Part shown: positions 21,646 through 30,606 of the stretch, in pieces | How positions within the stretch are numbered: position 1 is the first letter of the stretch | Layout: the number at the start of each line of letters is the position of its first letter | The notes under the pieces: model-generated | Told to the model about the DNA's origin: nothing | Database searches by the model: none | The model's input: only the letters and a program-made list of their open reading frames with translations | Program-made: the position numbers and the translations under genes | From: an uncultured Flavobacteriales bacterium | GTDB taxonomy: Bacteria > Bacteroidota > Bacteroidia > Flavobacteriales > UBA1820 | Assembly (NCBI GenBank): GCA_959608625.1 | Contig: CAUHQV010000002.1 | Location: 18,746 to 82,745 of the forward strand | DNA: 64,000 bases | Direction of reading: 5' to 3'

Positions 21646-22605
21646 ATGAAAAAATCATTGATTACGGCTTTTTGTTTATTTGCCCCCTTGTGGGCTTACG
21701 CGCAGCAGGATACGCTCAAGCCCGTCGCTTTCGGGGATTTCGATCATTGGCTGGTGCGTAAGATCAAAGAATCGTTTGTCATCGGCGGCAATGAAGCCAC
21801 CGTATATGCCATAGCTCCTACCGATACGATCGTAAGCACCGATGCTTACGTCAACAAATCCAAATCGCCCTGGTCTTCGTCCAATGTGATGGCTAAAGTA
21901 GCCGGCGTGGTAAAGACGTCCGTGACGGTATTCCCTGAGAAGCGGGGCGATGGTTACAGCGCCCGGATGGATACGAAATTGGAAAAAGTAAAAGTGCTCG
22001 GGATGGTGAATATCTCGGTGCTGGCCTCGGGCAGTATATTCCTGGGCCGTACGATCGAACCTATCCGGGGGGCTAACGACCCGTATAAGAACCTCGATAT
22101 GGGAATTCACTTTGCCGGAAAACCGGATGCGGTGGTATTCGATTACAAGGCTAAAATATCACCCGATACGATGGTCACCCGGGCCACAGGCAGCGGCATA
22201 TCCAAAGTGAAAGGCCGCGACCGCGCCGAAGTGGTTGTCTTTTTGCAGAAACGGTGGGAAGACGAGAAAGGCAATATTTTCGCCCAGCGCATCGGTACGG
22301 CGCGCGAACGGTTCGACAAGACCATACCCGACTGGAAGAACGGCCACCGGACGGAGATCCATTACGGGGATATAACCGGACAGCCGTATTACGACGAATC
22401 GATGGATCTGATGGAAGAAGGGCTTTTCTATGCGATGAACAGCAAAGGCAAAATGGTTCCCGTCCAGGAAACGTGCTGGGGAGGAAAGGAAGTGACGCCA
22501 ACCCATATGATCATGATGTTCTCTTCGGGATCGCTGGGCGCTTTTACGGGCTCTTTGGGCAATTCGCTATGGGTTGACAATGTGAAACTGGAATATCGGA
22601 AATAG
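21646..22605 (+). CDS. Secreted protein, possibly PCMD (putative carbohydrate metabolism) domain
   Basis: It has a signal peptide (LFAPLWAYAQQ) and is 319 aa long. The PCMD assignment comes only from a loose memory of the GDFDHW-type N-terminus. Confidence 0.55.
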   Translation: MKKSLITAFCLFAPLWAYAQQDTLKPVAFGDFDHWLVRKIKESFVIGGNEATVYAIAPTDTIVSTDAYVNKSKSPWSSSNVMAKVAGVVKTSVTVFPEKRGDGYSARMDTKLEKVKVLGMVNISVLASGSIFLGRTIEPIRGANDPYKNLDMGIHFAGKPDAVVFDYKAKISPDTMVTRATGSGISKVKGRDRAEVVVFLQKRWEDEKGNIFAQRIGTARERFDKTIPDWKNGHRTEIHYGDITGQPYYDESMDLMEEGLFYAMNSKGKMVPVQETCWGGKEVTPTHMIMMFSSGSLGAFTGSLGNSLWVDNVKLEYRK

Positions 22606-22627
22606 CCGGAACAGACCTCAAGCTGAT

Positions 22628-23494
22628 ATGAACAACAACTGGGTAATAGTCACCGGAGCGGACAGGGGAATCGGGGAAAGCCTTGCCGGTCTGCTGGCGG
22701 ATATGGATTACGGGGTCATCATGGCCTGTAAAAATGTGGAAAAAGCAGCGAATGTGTTCGAGCATCTCCGCTATATCACATCCAATAAGGATATGAGGCT
22801 GATGCCCCTCGATCTGTCCTCCCTGGAATCCGTGGCTTCGTTCGTGCGTTCTATCGATGAAAAAGGATACAATGTCCGCGCCCTGGTGAACAATGCGGCG
22901 ACTATCCGTAAGAAATACACCGAAACGGCCGACGGATTTGAAACGACGGTCGGGGTGAATTACGTGGGAACCTATCTTCTCACCCGGCTTATGATGCCGA
23001 TCCTCAAACGTTCCGAAGGGCTTTCCAAGATCATGAATACCGTGTCGGTGATGAGCAAGTTCGCCCGGGTGGACAAGGATTTTTTTACCATTCCTGCTAA
23101 AAAATACCGACGGATAAAGGCTTACGGGGCTTCCAAACTCGCCCTGTTGATGTTTACCCAGAGCCTGACCGAAAAATTGGGAAAAAAGGCAGGGGTGGAG
23201 GCAAATGCGTTCAATCCGGGGCTGGTCAACACCAAGATGCTGACGATGCACAATTGGTTGGATCCGCTATTCAATTTGTTGGTGCGGCCATTGCTCAAGA
23301 CAGCCGAGCAGGCGGCCACACAGGAGTGCGAGGCGCTGTTCCCGAAAAAAGAAAAAGGCGGAGGCCGCGTTTATACCGGTCACCGGCAATTTTTGATCCG
23401 GGACTTTGCGGCGGCGCACAGATATAAGAACTGGCTGTATGACACAACGGAAGAAATTCTCCGGGAAAAAGGATATGACCTGGATCCGGTATGA
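22628..23494 (+). CDS. SDR-family oxidoreductase
   Basis: It has the cofactor motif VTGADRGIG, NNAA, and the catalytic YGASK (Y-x3-K). Confidence 0.85.
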   Translation: MNNNWVIVTGADRGIGESLAGLLADMDYGVIMACKNVEKAANVFEHLRYITSNKDMRLMPLDLSSLESVASFVRSIDEKGYNVRALVNNAATIRKKYTETADGFETTVGVNYVGTYLLTRLMMPILKRSEGLSKIMNTVSVMSKFARVDKDFFTIPAKKYRRIKAYGASKLALLMFTQSLTEKLGKKAGVEANAFNPGLVNTKMLTMHNWLDPLFNLLVRPLLKTAEQAATQECEALFPKKEKGGGRVYTGHRQFLIRDFAAAHRYKNWLYDTTEEILREKGYDLDPV

Positions 23495-23502
23495 ATTTAA
23501 AC

Positions 23503-23555
23503 GGTCGGAAATAAAAAAAGCCTGCGATTACCGCAGGCTTTTTTTATTTCCGACC
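23503..23555. terminator. Perfect 24-bp-stem hairpin, bidirectional terminator
   Basis: The arms are GGTCGGAAATAAAAAAAGCCTGCG / CGCAGGCTTTTTTTATTTCCGACC with loop ATTAC. The right arm covers the last three codons and the stop of the ORF6N gene. Confidence 0.7.
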
Positions 23556-24116
23556 GCCCCGTTTGACGGTATGTTTTACTTTGAGTACAGCTAAATTCAA
23601 CTCGACGGTCGTTTCCATCCCGGTGACTTCCCGGTCTTCTCCCATCAAGTCGGAAATGATCCGCTGGCTTTTCTTGATCAGGGGCTCCTGTTTTGCTACG
23701 CTGTTCGTGCCCGACAGTTTGGTCACCGTGGCGGAAAGTTCCCGGACTTTGGCGAACGTTTCCACGATAGCGAGGGTCGCCTGGGTGGCTGCCGGGCTTT
23801 TCAGTACGGTGGCCAGCATATAAAGGCCTTTTTCCGTAAATGCTTTGGGCGGGTATTTTGAATACCTACCCCGCCCTGGCGAAGAGGCATTCGTCTCGCC
23901 CGGTTTCGGAAGGGCTTTTTTCAGCCCATCGTTCTCTTCGACGGATAGTTCGAACACGTAACCGGCCGGGAATTTGTCCGGGTTGTTCTTGACAGCCTGG
24001 TTCACTTCCCGGGTCTGTACGCCGTATAGGGTAGCCACATCCCGATCCAGCAGGATATTCTGCCGACGGATGCGCATCATGCGCACTTCTACGTCGTTCG
24101 ATTTTATCAAATCCAT
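23544..24116 (-). CDS. ORF6N (KilA-N-like) DNA-binding domain protein
   Basis: The N-terminus IRRQNILLDRDVATLYGVQTREVNQAVKNNPDKFPAGYVFEL is the typical ORF6N signature. Confidence 0.75.
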   Translation of the reverse strand: MDLIKSNDVEVRMMRIRRQNILLDRDVATLYGVQTREVNQAVKNNPDKFPAGYVFELSVEENDGLKKALPKPGETNASSPGRGRYSKYPPKAFTEKGLYMLATVLKSPAATQATLAIVETFAKVRELSATVTKLSGTNSVAKQEPLIKKSQRIISDLMGEDREVTGMETTVELNLAVLKVKHTVKRGGRK

Positions 24117-24159
24117 AGGCCGGACGGGTGGTTTGGGGAGAATTAGGCTCCCGGTTTAT

Positions 24160-24480
24160 TTATTTCCGGTAAACGGCGTCGTCCGAATAGGCGAGAATCC
24201 CAAAGCCGATGAACGGGAAAATGGTCATGATGATGGCCATTATATAGTCGCGGGAAAAGCGTTTGGCCAGTTCGTTGAACAGCATGAACGCGAAGATGAG
24301 GTTCACTCCCGGAATGAAGAACATGATAAGCCACCATAAGGGTTTATTCAACTCTTCCAACAGGATGTATATGTTGTAGAAAGGAATAAAACCCTCCCAG
24401 AATTTGCGGCCCATTTTCTCGAAAGTTTTTCCCATGAAAAACAAGGTCAGCAAAGTGATAAGCAAAGATAGTAACGACAT
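24160..24480 (-). CDS. Small polytopic membrane protein (DUF5684-like)
   Basis: The 106-aa product has three hydrophobic helices. The IPFYNIY...WWLIMFFIPGVNLI pattern recalls DUF5684. Confidence 0.55.
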   Translation of the reverse strand: MSLLSLLITLLTLFFMGKTFEKMGRKFWEGFIPFYNIYILLEELNKPLWWLIMFFIPGVNLIFAFMLFNELAKRFSRDYIMAIIMTIFPFIGFGILAYSDDAVYRK

Positions 24481-24681
24481 TTTTTCAGCGTGTTTTAGTT
24501 TGATATAACAAATATAAGGATTGTTAAGGAATGTCGCATAAAAAATATCCGGGTACTTCCATTGGCTGACTTAAATTTATCGGCGGTCGGATTTTAATTC
24601 TTAAAAACCAATAATTTTCCTGAGAAGGTGGTTTTTCCGCAAAAAAATCCGAAAGGCTTGCGCGCGGCTTTTGTTTTGCTT

Positions 24682-24689
24682 ACATTTGC
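24682..24689 (+). promoter_or_regulatory. -7 box TACATTTG of greA
   Basis: This is an exact TAnnTTTG match, with TTTG repeats upstream. Confidence 0.45.
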
Positions 24690-24702
24690 CTTACACAATA
24701 CG

Positions 24703-24749
24703 AATCCCGAAGGTAACGAAATACTTTTTCGGGGTTCTTTATTTTTTGT
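24703..24749 (+). promoter_or_regulatory. Terminator-like hairpin inside the greA 5' leader
   Basis: GAAUCCCGAA pairs with UUCGGGGUUC (10 bp including one G-U, 16-nt loop). It is immediately followed by UUUAUUUUUUG and lies about 45 nt before the greA ATG. Confidence 0.5.
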
Positions 24750-24793
24750 GTACAACGAACGTTTTGTAGAACCGAAAAAAAAGAAAAGAAAAA

Positions 24794-25267
24794 ATGGGAA
24801 ACGTATCTTACTACACGCCGGAAGGGTACGCTAAGCTCAAAGCCGAGCTCGAACACCTCAAGACGGTAGAGCGCGCGCATGTGATAAAACAAATAGCCGA
24901 GGCGCGCGACAAGGGCGACCTTTCGGAGAATGCCGAATACGATGCCGCCAAGGAAGCCCAGGGTATGCTGGAAATGAAAATAGCCAAACTACAGGAGACA
25001 ATGGCCAGCGCCCGTATCGTAGACGCTTCGCAGCTCGACGATACGAAGGTGCTCATCCTCTCGACCGTCCGTATCCGCAACAAGCAGAACGGAAAAGAAG
25101 TCGCCTATACGCTGGTAGCCCAGAACGAGGCAAATATCGCACAGGGAAAGATATCCGTGGAATCCCCTATCGGAAAGGGATTGCTCGGCAAGTCCGTAGG
25201 CGATGTGGCCGAGATCAAAGCACCCAACGGCACTATGTATTTCGATGTGCTGGAGATCACCCGATAA
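24794..25267 (+). CDS. greA: Transcription elongation factor GreA
   Basis: It has the N-terminal coiled coil with GDLSENAEYDAAKE and a C-terminal FKBP-like domain (SPIGKGLLGKSVGD). Confidence 0.95.
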   Translation: MGNVSYYTPEGYAKLKAELEHLKTVERAHVIKQIAEARDKGDLSENAEYDAAKEAQGMLEMKIAKLQETMASARIVDASQLDDTKVLILSTVRIRNKQNGKEVAYTLVAQNEANIAQGKISVESPIGKGLLGKSVGDVAEIKAPNGTMYFDVLEITR

Positions 25268-25290
25268 CGAACTAAAAACCCGAAAGGACT

Positions 25291-25689
25291 ATGGCATCGG
25301 TATTCACGAAGATCATCAATGGAGAGATACCCTCTTATAAAATCGCGGAGGACGAAAACTATATCGCCATCCTCGACGCGTTCCCTATCGTAAAAGGGCA
25401 TACGCTGGTCATTCCGAAAAAGGAAGTGGACAAAATCTACGAATTGGATGAGCAGACCTATACCGGCCTGATGCTTTTCGCCCGCCGGGTAGCCCGTGCG
25501 GTAGAGAAAGCCATTCCCTGTATCCGGGTGGGTGTATCGGTGGTAGGGCTCGACGTCCATCACGTGCATGTGCACTTGTTGCCGCTTAACGGCCCGGCGG
25601 ATATGAACTTGGGCCGGGAGCAGTTGTCGCTCGACCCGCAGGAGATGCGCGCGATAGCCGATTCGATCGCTTTGAAACTGGAAAAATAA
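25291..25689 (+). CDS. HIT-family nucleotide hydrolase/transferase
   Basis: It has the histidine triad HHVHVHLLP and is 132 aa long. Confidence 0.85.
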   Translation: MASVFTKIINGEIPSYKIAEDENYIAILDAFPIVKGHTLVIPKKEVDKIYELDEQTYTGLMLFARRVARAVEKAIPCIRVGVSVVGLDVHHVHVHLLPLNGPADMNLGREQLSLDPQEMRAIADSIALKLEK

Positions 25690-25711
25690 CGTTATCCGTA
25701 AGCAGAATACT

Positions 25712-25745
25712 AGCGGGAAGTTCTATGAGCTTCCCGCTTTTTTTC
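25712..25745 (+). terminator. Rho-independent terminator after greA and the HIT gene
   Basis: The stem is AGCGGGAAG / CTTCCCGCT, followed by a T-run. Confidence 0.7.
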
Positions 25746-25780
25746 TTTTAAAAAATCTTCATTTACAGCGGTAAAAAACA

Positions 25781-25788
25781 TAACTTTG
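25781..25788 (+). promoter_or_regulatory. -7 box TAACTTTG upstream of fhs
   Basis: This is an exact TAnnTTTG match about 45 nt upstream of the fhs ATG. Confidence 0.4.
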
Positions 25789-25833
25789 TAGAAAGGGATT
25801 GTCCCCGGGCTTTGCCTGAAAACCCGATGAAGC

Positions 25834-27504
25834 ATGAAATCCGACATTGAAATAGCCCAGCAGGCCGACATCCGGCCCATTGCCGAAATAGCTGCCCGGA
25901 TCGGTATCCCGGCGGACGCCTTGGAACTTTACGGGAAGTATAAGGCAAAACTTCCTTTATCCCTTATCGACGAGCATAAAGTATCGCAAAGCAACCTGAT
26001 CCTGGTGACTGCCGTTTCCCCGACTCCGGCCGGCGAGGGCAAGACCACGGTCTCGATCGGCCTTTCCGATGGATTGAACCGCCTCGGGTACCGTTCCATC
26101 GTCGCTTTGCGGGAACCGTCGCTCGGCCCGGTGTTCGGACTGAAAGGCGGCGCGGCCGGAGGAGGGCATTCGCAGGTACTGCCGATGGAGGATATCAACC
26201 TTCATTTTACGGGGGATTTCGCGGCGGTGGAAAAATCGAATAACCTGCTTTCGGCCCTGGTGGACAACAATATGCAGGTAAAGGTCGACAACCTCGGGAT
26301 AGACCCCCGGACGGTCGCTTTCAAACGGGTAGCCGATATGAACGATCGGGCCCTGCGCCATGTCATCACCGGGCTCGGCGGGACGGGCAACGGGATTCCC
26401 CGCGAAGAAGGGTTCAACATTACCCCGGCCTCGGAAGTGATGGCGATCCTTTGCCTGTGCAGTGGTATCAGCGACCTGAAACGCCGGCTGGGCAATATAC
26501 TGGTCGGTTTCCGTTATACCGGCGAACCGGTGTATGCCCGCGACTTGGGGGCTGTGGGAGCGATGGCTATTTTGCTGAAAGATGCGGTGAAACCCAATCT
26601 GGTGCAGACTACCGGGGGGAATGCCGCTATTATCCATGGCGGCCCTTTTGCCAATATCGCGCAGGGGACCAACAGTCTCCTTGCCACGAAAATGGCCCTT
26701 TCGATGGCCGATTACGCCGTGACGGAAGCCGGATTCGGCTCGGATATGGGCGCGGAAAAATTCATGGATATCAAATGCCGGGTCGGTGGTCTGTGCCCAC
26801 GTGTGTGGGTGATCGTCGCCACAGTTCGCGCGTTAAAATACCACGGCGGGGTAGCCGTGTCCGACCTGAAAAAACCCGATGCGGGAGCCGTAAAACGGGG
26901 TTTTGTCAACTTAGGACGCCATCTGGACAATGCGGGCAATTTCGGGGTTCCGGCCGTTGTAGCCATCAATTGCTTCGAGGCCGATACAGAGGAGGAAACA
27001 CAAGTGATCGAACGCCTTTGCGCGGAGCGTGGGGTGAAAGCCGTCCGGACGCATGCTTGGGCAGAGGGCGGGAAAGGCTGTGAAGACCTGGCACGGGAAG
27101 TGGCGTCGGTGGCGTCCGCATCGAATGCTGTACTCCGGCCGCTGTACGACCTCGATACGCCTATTGAGGAAAAGATACTGACGATAGCCCGGCGTGTGTA
27201 CGGGGCCCGCAGTGTGGAGTATACGTATCAGGCGCACAAACAACTGGAGCTCATTTCAAAACTCGGGCTTTCGTCTCTGGCCGTATGCATCGCCAAGACA
27301 CAGAAATCCTTTACGGACAACGAAAAGGCGATAGGGGCGCCTGCCGGGTTCGAAATTAAGATACGGGATATCGAGATCGCATCCGGCGCCGGGTTCGTGG
27401 TGCCGATAGCGGGCGATATTATGCGGATGCCGGGGCTCCCTTCGCTCCCTGCAGCCGTGAACATGGATATAGATGAGGATGGAACGGTATCCGGGCTGTC
27501 CTGA
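25834..27504 (+). CDS. fhs: Formate--tetrahydrofolate ligase
   Basis: It has the P-loop PTPAGEGKTT and the conserved HGGPFANIA block. The product is 556 aa. Confidence 0.97.
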   Translation: MKSDIEIAQQADIRPIAEIAARIGIPADALELYGKYKAKLPLSLIDEHKVSQSNLILVTAVSPTPAGEGKTTVSIGLSDGLNRLGYRSIVALREPSLGPVFGLKGGAAGGGHSQVLPMEDINLHFTGDFAAVEKSNNLLSALVDNNMQVKVDNLGIDPRTVAFKRVADMNDRALRHVITGLGGTGNGIPREEGFNITPASEVMAILCLCSGISDLKRRLGNILVGFRYTGEPVYARDLGAVGAMAILLKDAVKPNLVQTTGGNAAIIHGGPFANIAQGTNSLLATKMALSMADYAVTEAGFGSDMGAEKFMDIKCRVGGLCPRVWVIVATVRALKYHGGVAVSDLKKPDAGAVKRGFVNLGRHLDNAGNFGVPAVVAINCFEADTEEETQVIERLCAERGVKAVRTHAWAEGGKGCEDLAREVASVASASNAVLRPLYDLDTPIEEKILTIARRVYGARSVEYTYQAHKQLELISKLGLSSLAVCIAKTQKSFTDNEKAIGAPAGFEIKIRDIEIASGAGFVVPIAGDIMRMPGLPSLPAAVNMDIDEDGTVSGLS

Positions 27505-27531
27505 CTAAATAAATAAGATAAAAAGAAAAAA

Positions 27532-28308
27532 ATGGAACTTAAACTCAATCGTCCGATCTGCTTTTTCGATCTGGAAACCACCGGTATCGATGTGGCCCGC
27601 GACCGGATCGTCGAAATATCCGTATGCAAAGTCTACCCCAACGGAAATGAAGAAGTGCGCACCTGGCTTGTAAACCCGGGCCGCCCAATCCCGAAAGCGG
27701 TGTCCGATATTCATGGGATCACCGATGAAAAGGTGAAAGACGAGCCGACTTTCGATAAGATAGCCCCGACGGTGTACGAGATGATAAAGGATTCGGACTT
27801 GGCAGGGTACAATTCCAACCGGTTCGATATCCCGATGCTGGCCGAAGAATTACTGCGTGCGGGCATAGATTTCGATATGGGTAACCGGGTGGCAGTGGAT
27901 GTGCAGGCTATTTTCTATAAGCGGGAGCCGCGCACCCTGTCGGCGGCCTACAAATTCTACTGCGGGGCGGAACTCGAAGGGGCGCATGGAGCCCAGGCGG
28001 ATACGATCGCTACCTACGAAGTGCTGAAAGCTCAGTTAGACCGGTACGAGGATCTGCCGAACGACATAAAATCCCTCTCCGATTATTCCACGCAGCGGAA
28101 AACGGCGGATTTTGCCGGATTCATCGCCTACGACCAGGATGGGGACGAAATATTTACTTTCGGAAAATACAAAGGCTGCAAGGTCGCGCCTGTGCTGGAG
28201 AACGACCCTGGGTATACCGGCTGGATGCTGGAGAAAGATTTCCCGCTTTACACCAAAAAGGTGATCACCGCCCTGCGGCTGCGCGGAAAATTCCCCAAAG
28301 GCCATTAA
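27532..28308 (+). CDS. DnaQ-like 3'-5' exonuclease with a DUF3820-like C-terminal domain
   Basis: It has Exo I FFDLETTG, Exo II NSNRFDIPML and Exo III HGAQADT. The C-terminal FGKYKG...DPGYTGWML motif is also present. Confidence 0.8.
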   Translation: MELKLNRPICFFDLETTGIDVARDRIVEISVCKVYPNGNEEVRTWLVNPGRPIPKAVSDIHGITDEKVKDEPTFDKIAPTVYEMIKDSDLAGYNSNRFDIPMLAEELLRAGIDFDMGNRVAVDVQAIFYKREPRTLSAAYKFYCGAELEGAHGAQADTIATYEVLKAQLDRYEDLPNDIKSLSDYSTQRKTADFAGFIAYDQDGDEIFTFGKYKGCKVAPVLENDPGYTGWMLEKDFPLYTKKVITALRLRGKFPKGH

Positions 28309-28350
28309 GCCGGCGGGCAGTACGGAAAAAACTTAAAAAATCATACGACT

Positions 28351-28683
28351 ATGGGAACTACACGCAAAACTTTTCTTAAAACGTATTCGGTGTGGGGTTG
28401 GATTTTGGTGGCAGTGCCGCTGATCGTATGCACCCTGTGGCCGATCGTTACTTTCGGCGCCCGGACGCCCCGGGAAGCGAAAGAATTTTTTGTCAGCGCC
28501 AATGCTGTTTTTGCCTACTACGATGTTGTCTGGATCGCATCGGCCGTACTTTCCGCTTTTGCGTTCTTTTTCGGCTCGCGGCTGGTAGGCGGGGGAAAAT
28601 CTTATGCGGTGAACGGCGTATTTATGCTGGTGGTATCCGGGACTACCCTGGCCCTGTCCATCGCCCATTTGTTGATAAAATAG
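28351..28683 (+). CDS. Hypothetical small membrane protein
   Basis: The 110-aa product has three or four hydrophobic helices. I recognised no family. Confidence 0.5.
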   Translation: MGTTRKTFLKTYSVWGWILVAVPLIVCTLWPIVTFGARTPREAKEFFVSANAVFAYYDVVWIASAVLSAFAFFFGSRLVGGGKSYAVNGVFMLVVSGTTLALSIAHLLIK

Positions 28684-28780
28684 GTAAGAGGCTTCCAGAA
28701 AATATTTCGCCTGAAATGTAAAATAAACTTGACATTATGTGAATTTTACTTTACGTTTGTGGAAAGAAATTTTGTCAGCC

Positions 28781-29851
28781 ATGAAGAAAATAGCCGGTTT
28801 ATTTGGTGCCCTCGCATTGCTGCTCTGCTTGCCGGGCTGTGGAGGAAGAACGGAAAAAAGCGATCCTGATGCCATTTTTGCCGTTTCCCAGGAACTTTTT
28901 CCGGACAGTATTGCTGTGGCGCAGGTGCTCGTTCCTAAAGAGTTACGAGTGGTCAACGGTTATATGGTCGTGGTGAGCGACAAGACGGATACGGTCTTTT
29001 ACGTGTACTCCTTGCCCGATTTTCGGTATTTGTACGGAAGTGTGGTTCCGGGCGGGGGACCGGAAGACTTGCCCCGGTATTTCCGGGATCTGGTCTCTTC
29101 GGACGGCCGGAATTTCATTGTCGTTCCGAATTATTCCGGGCAGGCCCGGGTCTATTCCCCGCAGGGTACAGGCATGGTGTGGAAGCAGGATATGAAACAC
29201 CGGAAGAAACAGTATTTACGGGCTGTATTACCCGGCGGAGCAAAAGCCCTTTCCATGAAATTGTCCCCGCAAGACGGCTCGCGCTATATCCTCTCGGCGG
29301 TATCGGGGGATTCTCTGCTTACAGCTACGGATAGTATTGCCTTGCGTTCCAAAAGATATACGATCCGGATGGAAGGAATGTTTACGATATCTACGACCGT
29401 CAATAATTGTCATGTAGTGGCCAGCGGGGATACTTTTGGCCTGTTCTATGATGGGATCCCCCGGGCGGAATTTTATCAATTGACCAGGGAAGGGAAAATG
29501 AAAGGCTTACCGGCATACGGGGATACGTTATATGCCTGGAAAGAAGAGGATATCATACGCCCCAACAGTATTGGAAGGCCGAAAGAACAGATTCAATACT
29601 ATGTGGATGCCCAAGCCTCCGGCGGTCATTTTTATGCATTTTATAAGGGAACTACGCAGGAACAATACGAAGAAACGCCCTGTGTTTTTATCCGGGTATT
29701 CGATCTGGAAGGGCGCCCGGTAAAATCGATGCGGATAAACGGGCCTTACGATCTGTTCGCAGTGAACGAGCCGGCCGGTATCATCTATGCGGTGGATAAA
29801 GCAAAAGATTTTGATTATGTCTATACGTTCGGGTATGACTTAAAAGAATAA
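28781..29851 (+). CDS. Lipoprotein, 6-bladed beta-propeller (BF3164-like) family
   Basis: The lipobox MKKIAGLFGALALLLCLPGC starts at the ATG at 28781. The product is about 356 aa and AT-richer than its neighbours. The family call is from recollection of Bacteroides propeller lipoproteins. Confidence 0.6.
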   Translation: MKKIAGLFGALALLLCLPGCGGRTEKSDPDAIFAVSQELFPDSIAVAQVLVPKELRVVNGYMVVVSDKTDTVFYVYSLPDFRYLYGSVVPGGGPEDLPRYFRDLVSSDGRNFIVVPNYSGQARVYSPQGTGMVWKQDMKHRKKQYLRAVLPGGAKALSMKLSPQDGSRYILSAVSGDSLLTATDSIALRSKRYTIRMEGMFTISTTVNNCHVVASGDTFGLFYDGIPRAEFYQLTREGKMKGLPAYGDTLYAWKEEDIIRPNSIGRPKEQIQYYVDAQASGGHFYAFYKGTTQEQYEETPCVFIRVFDLEGRPVKSMRINGPYDLFAVNEPAGIIYAVDKAKDFDYVYTFGYDLKE

Positions 29852-30026
29852 AAAACCTGTGCTGAAACTTCTTTCCTAAAATCCCGGTTTGATAAAGAAC
29901 ACACTTCTATCATGACAATACGATTTATTTTAGGGGCTATATTTTTTCTTTTCCTGTGTACAGCCGTCAGTTCCTGTGGAGAAGAAAACAAAGCTGATGT
30001 TTTTTGTGGTGGGTGTGTACGACCTA

Positions 30027-30596
30027 TTATTTGCTGCCGGGATATTCCCAGGAGCGTTCTTCTACGCCACAGTCCTGTGCGATAGCGCGCGCGGTGACGA
30101 ACAGGTAATCGGACAGGCGGTTGAGGTATTTTTCCGCTGTTTCCAGTCCGGCGGCGCCCGTTCCTTTGAGGGTTACCGTCCGGCGCTCCGCACGGCGGCA
30201 GATGCTCCGGGCCACATGGGCCAGGGAAACAGCCGGATGGCCGCCGGGCAGGATGAATTTTTCCAGCGGAGGAAGGGTTTCCTGCATCCGGTCGATCGCC
30301 TTTTCCAGCGAACCGATCTCGTCTTCGGTAATGACGGGGACATGGTATTTTTCAATGTCTTCCGGCAGGCTCGCCAACTGTCCCCCGAGATTGAACAGGC
30401 TGTTCTGGATGTCTTTCAGTTCTTTCCTTAAATCATCTTTTACCCCTTGGGTATCGGAGAGGAGACCCAGGAAACTATTGAGTTCGTCCACGGTTCCGTA
30501 GGCTTCGAGCCGCGGGTCGTCTTTCGGCACCCGTTTCCCGCCTATCAGGGATGTGCTTCCTTTGTCCCCGGTCTTGGTGTATATTTTCATTTTCAA
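30027..30596 (-). CDS. PduO-type ATP:cob(I)alamin adenosyltransferase
   Basis: The N-terminus (MK)MKIYTKTGDKGSTSL is diagnostic, and the 4-helix-bundle length fits. The start is at 30596 or 30590. Confidence 0.9.
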   Translation of the reverse strand: MKMKIYTKTGDKGSTSLIGGKRVPKDDPRLEAYGTVDELNSFLGLLSDTQGVKDDLRKELKDIQNSLFNLGGQLASLPEDIEKYHVPVITEDEIGSLEKAIDRMQETLPPLEKFILPGGHPAVSLAHVARSICRRAERRTVTLKGTGAAGLETAEKYLNRLSDYLFVTARAIAQDCGVEERSWEYPGSK

Positions 30597-30606
30597 ATGT
30601 GTTTTT

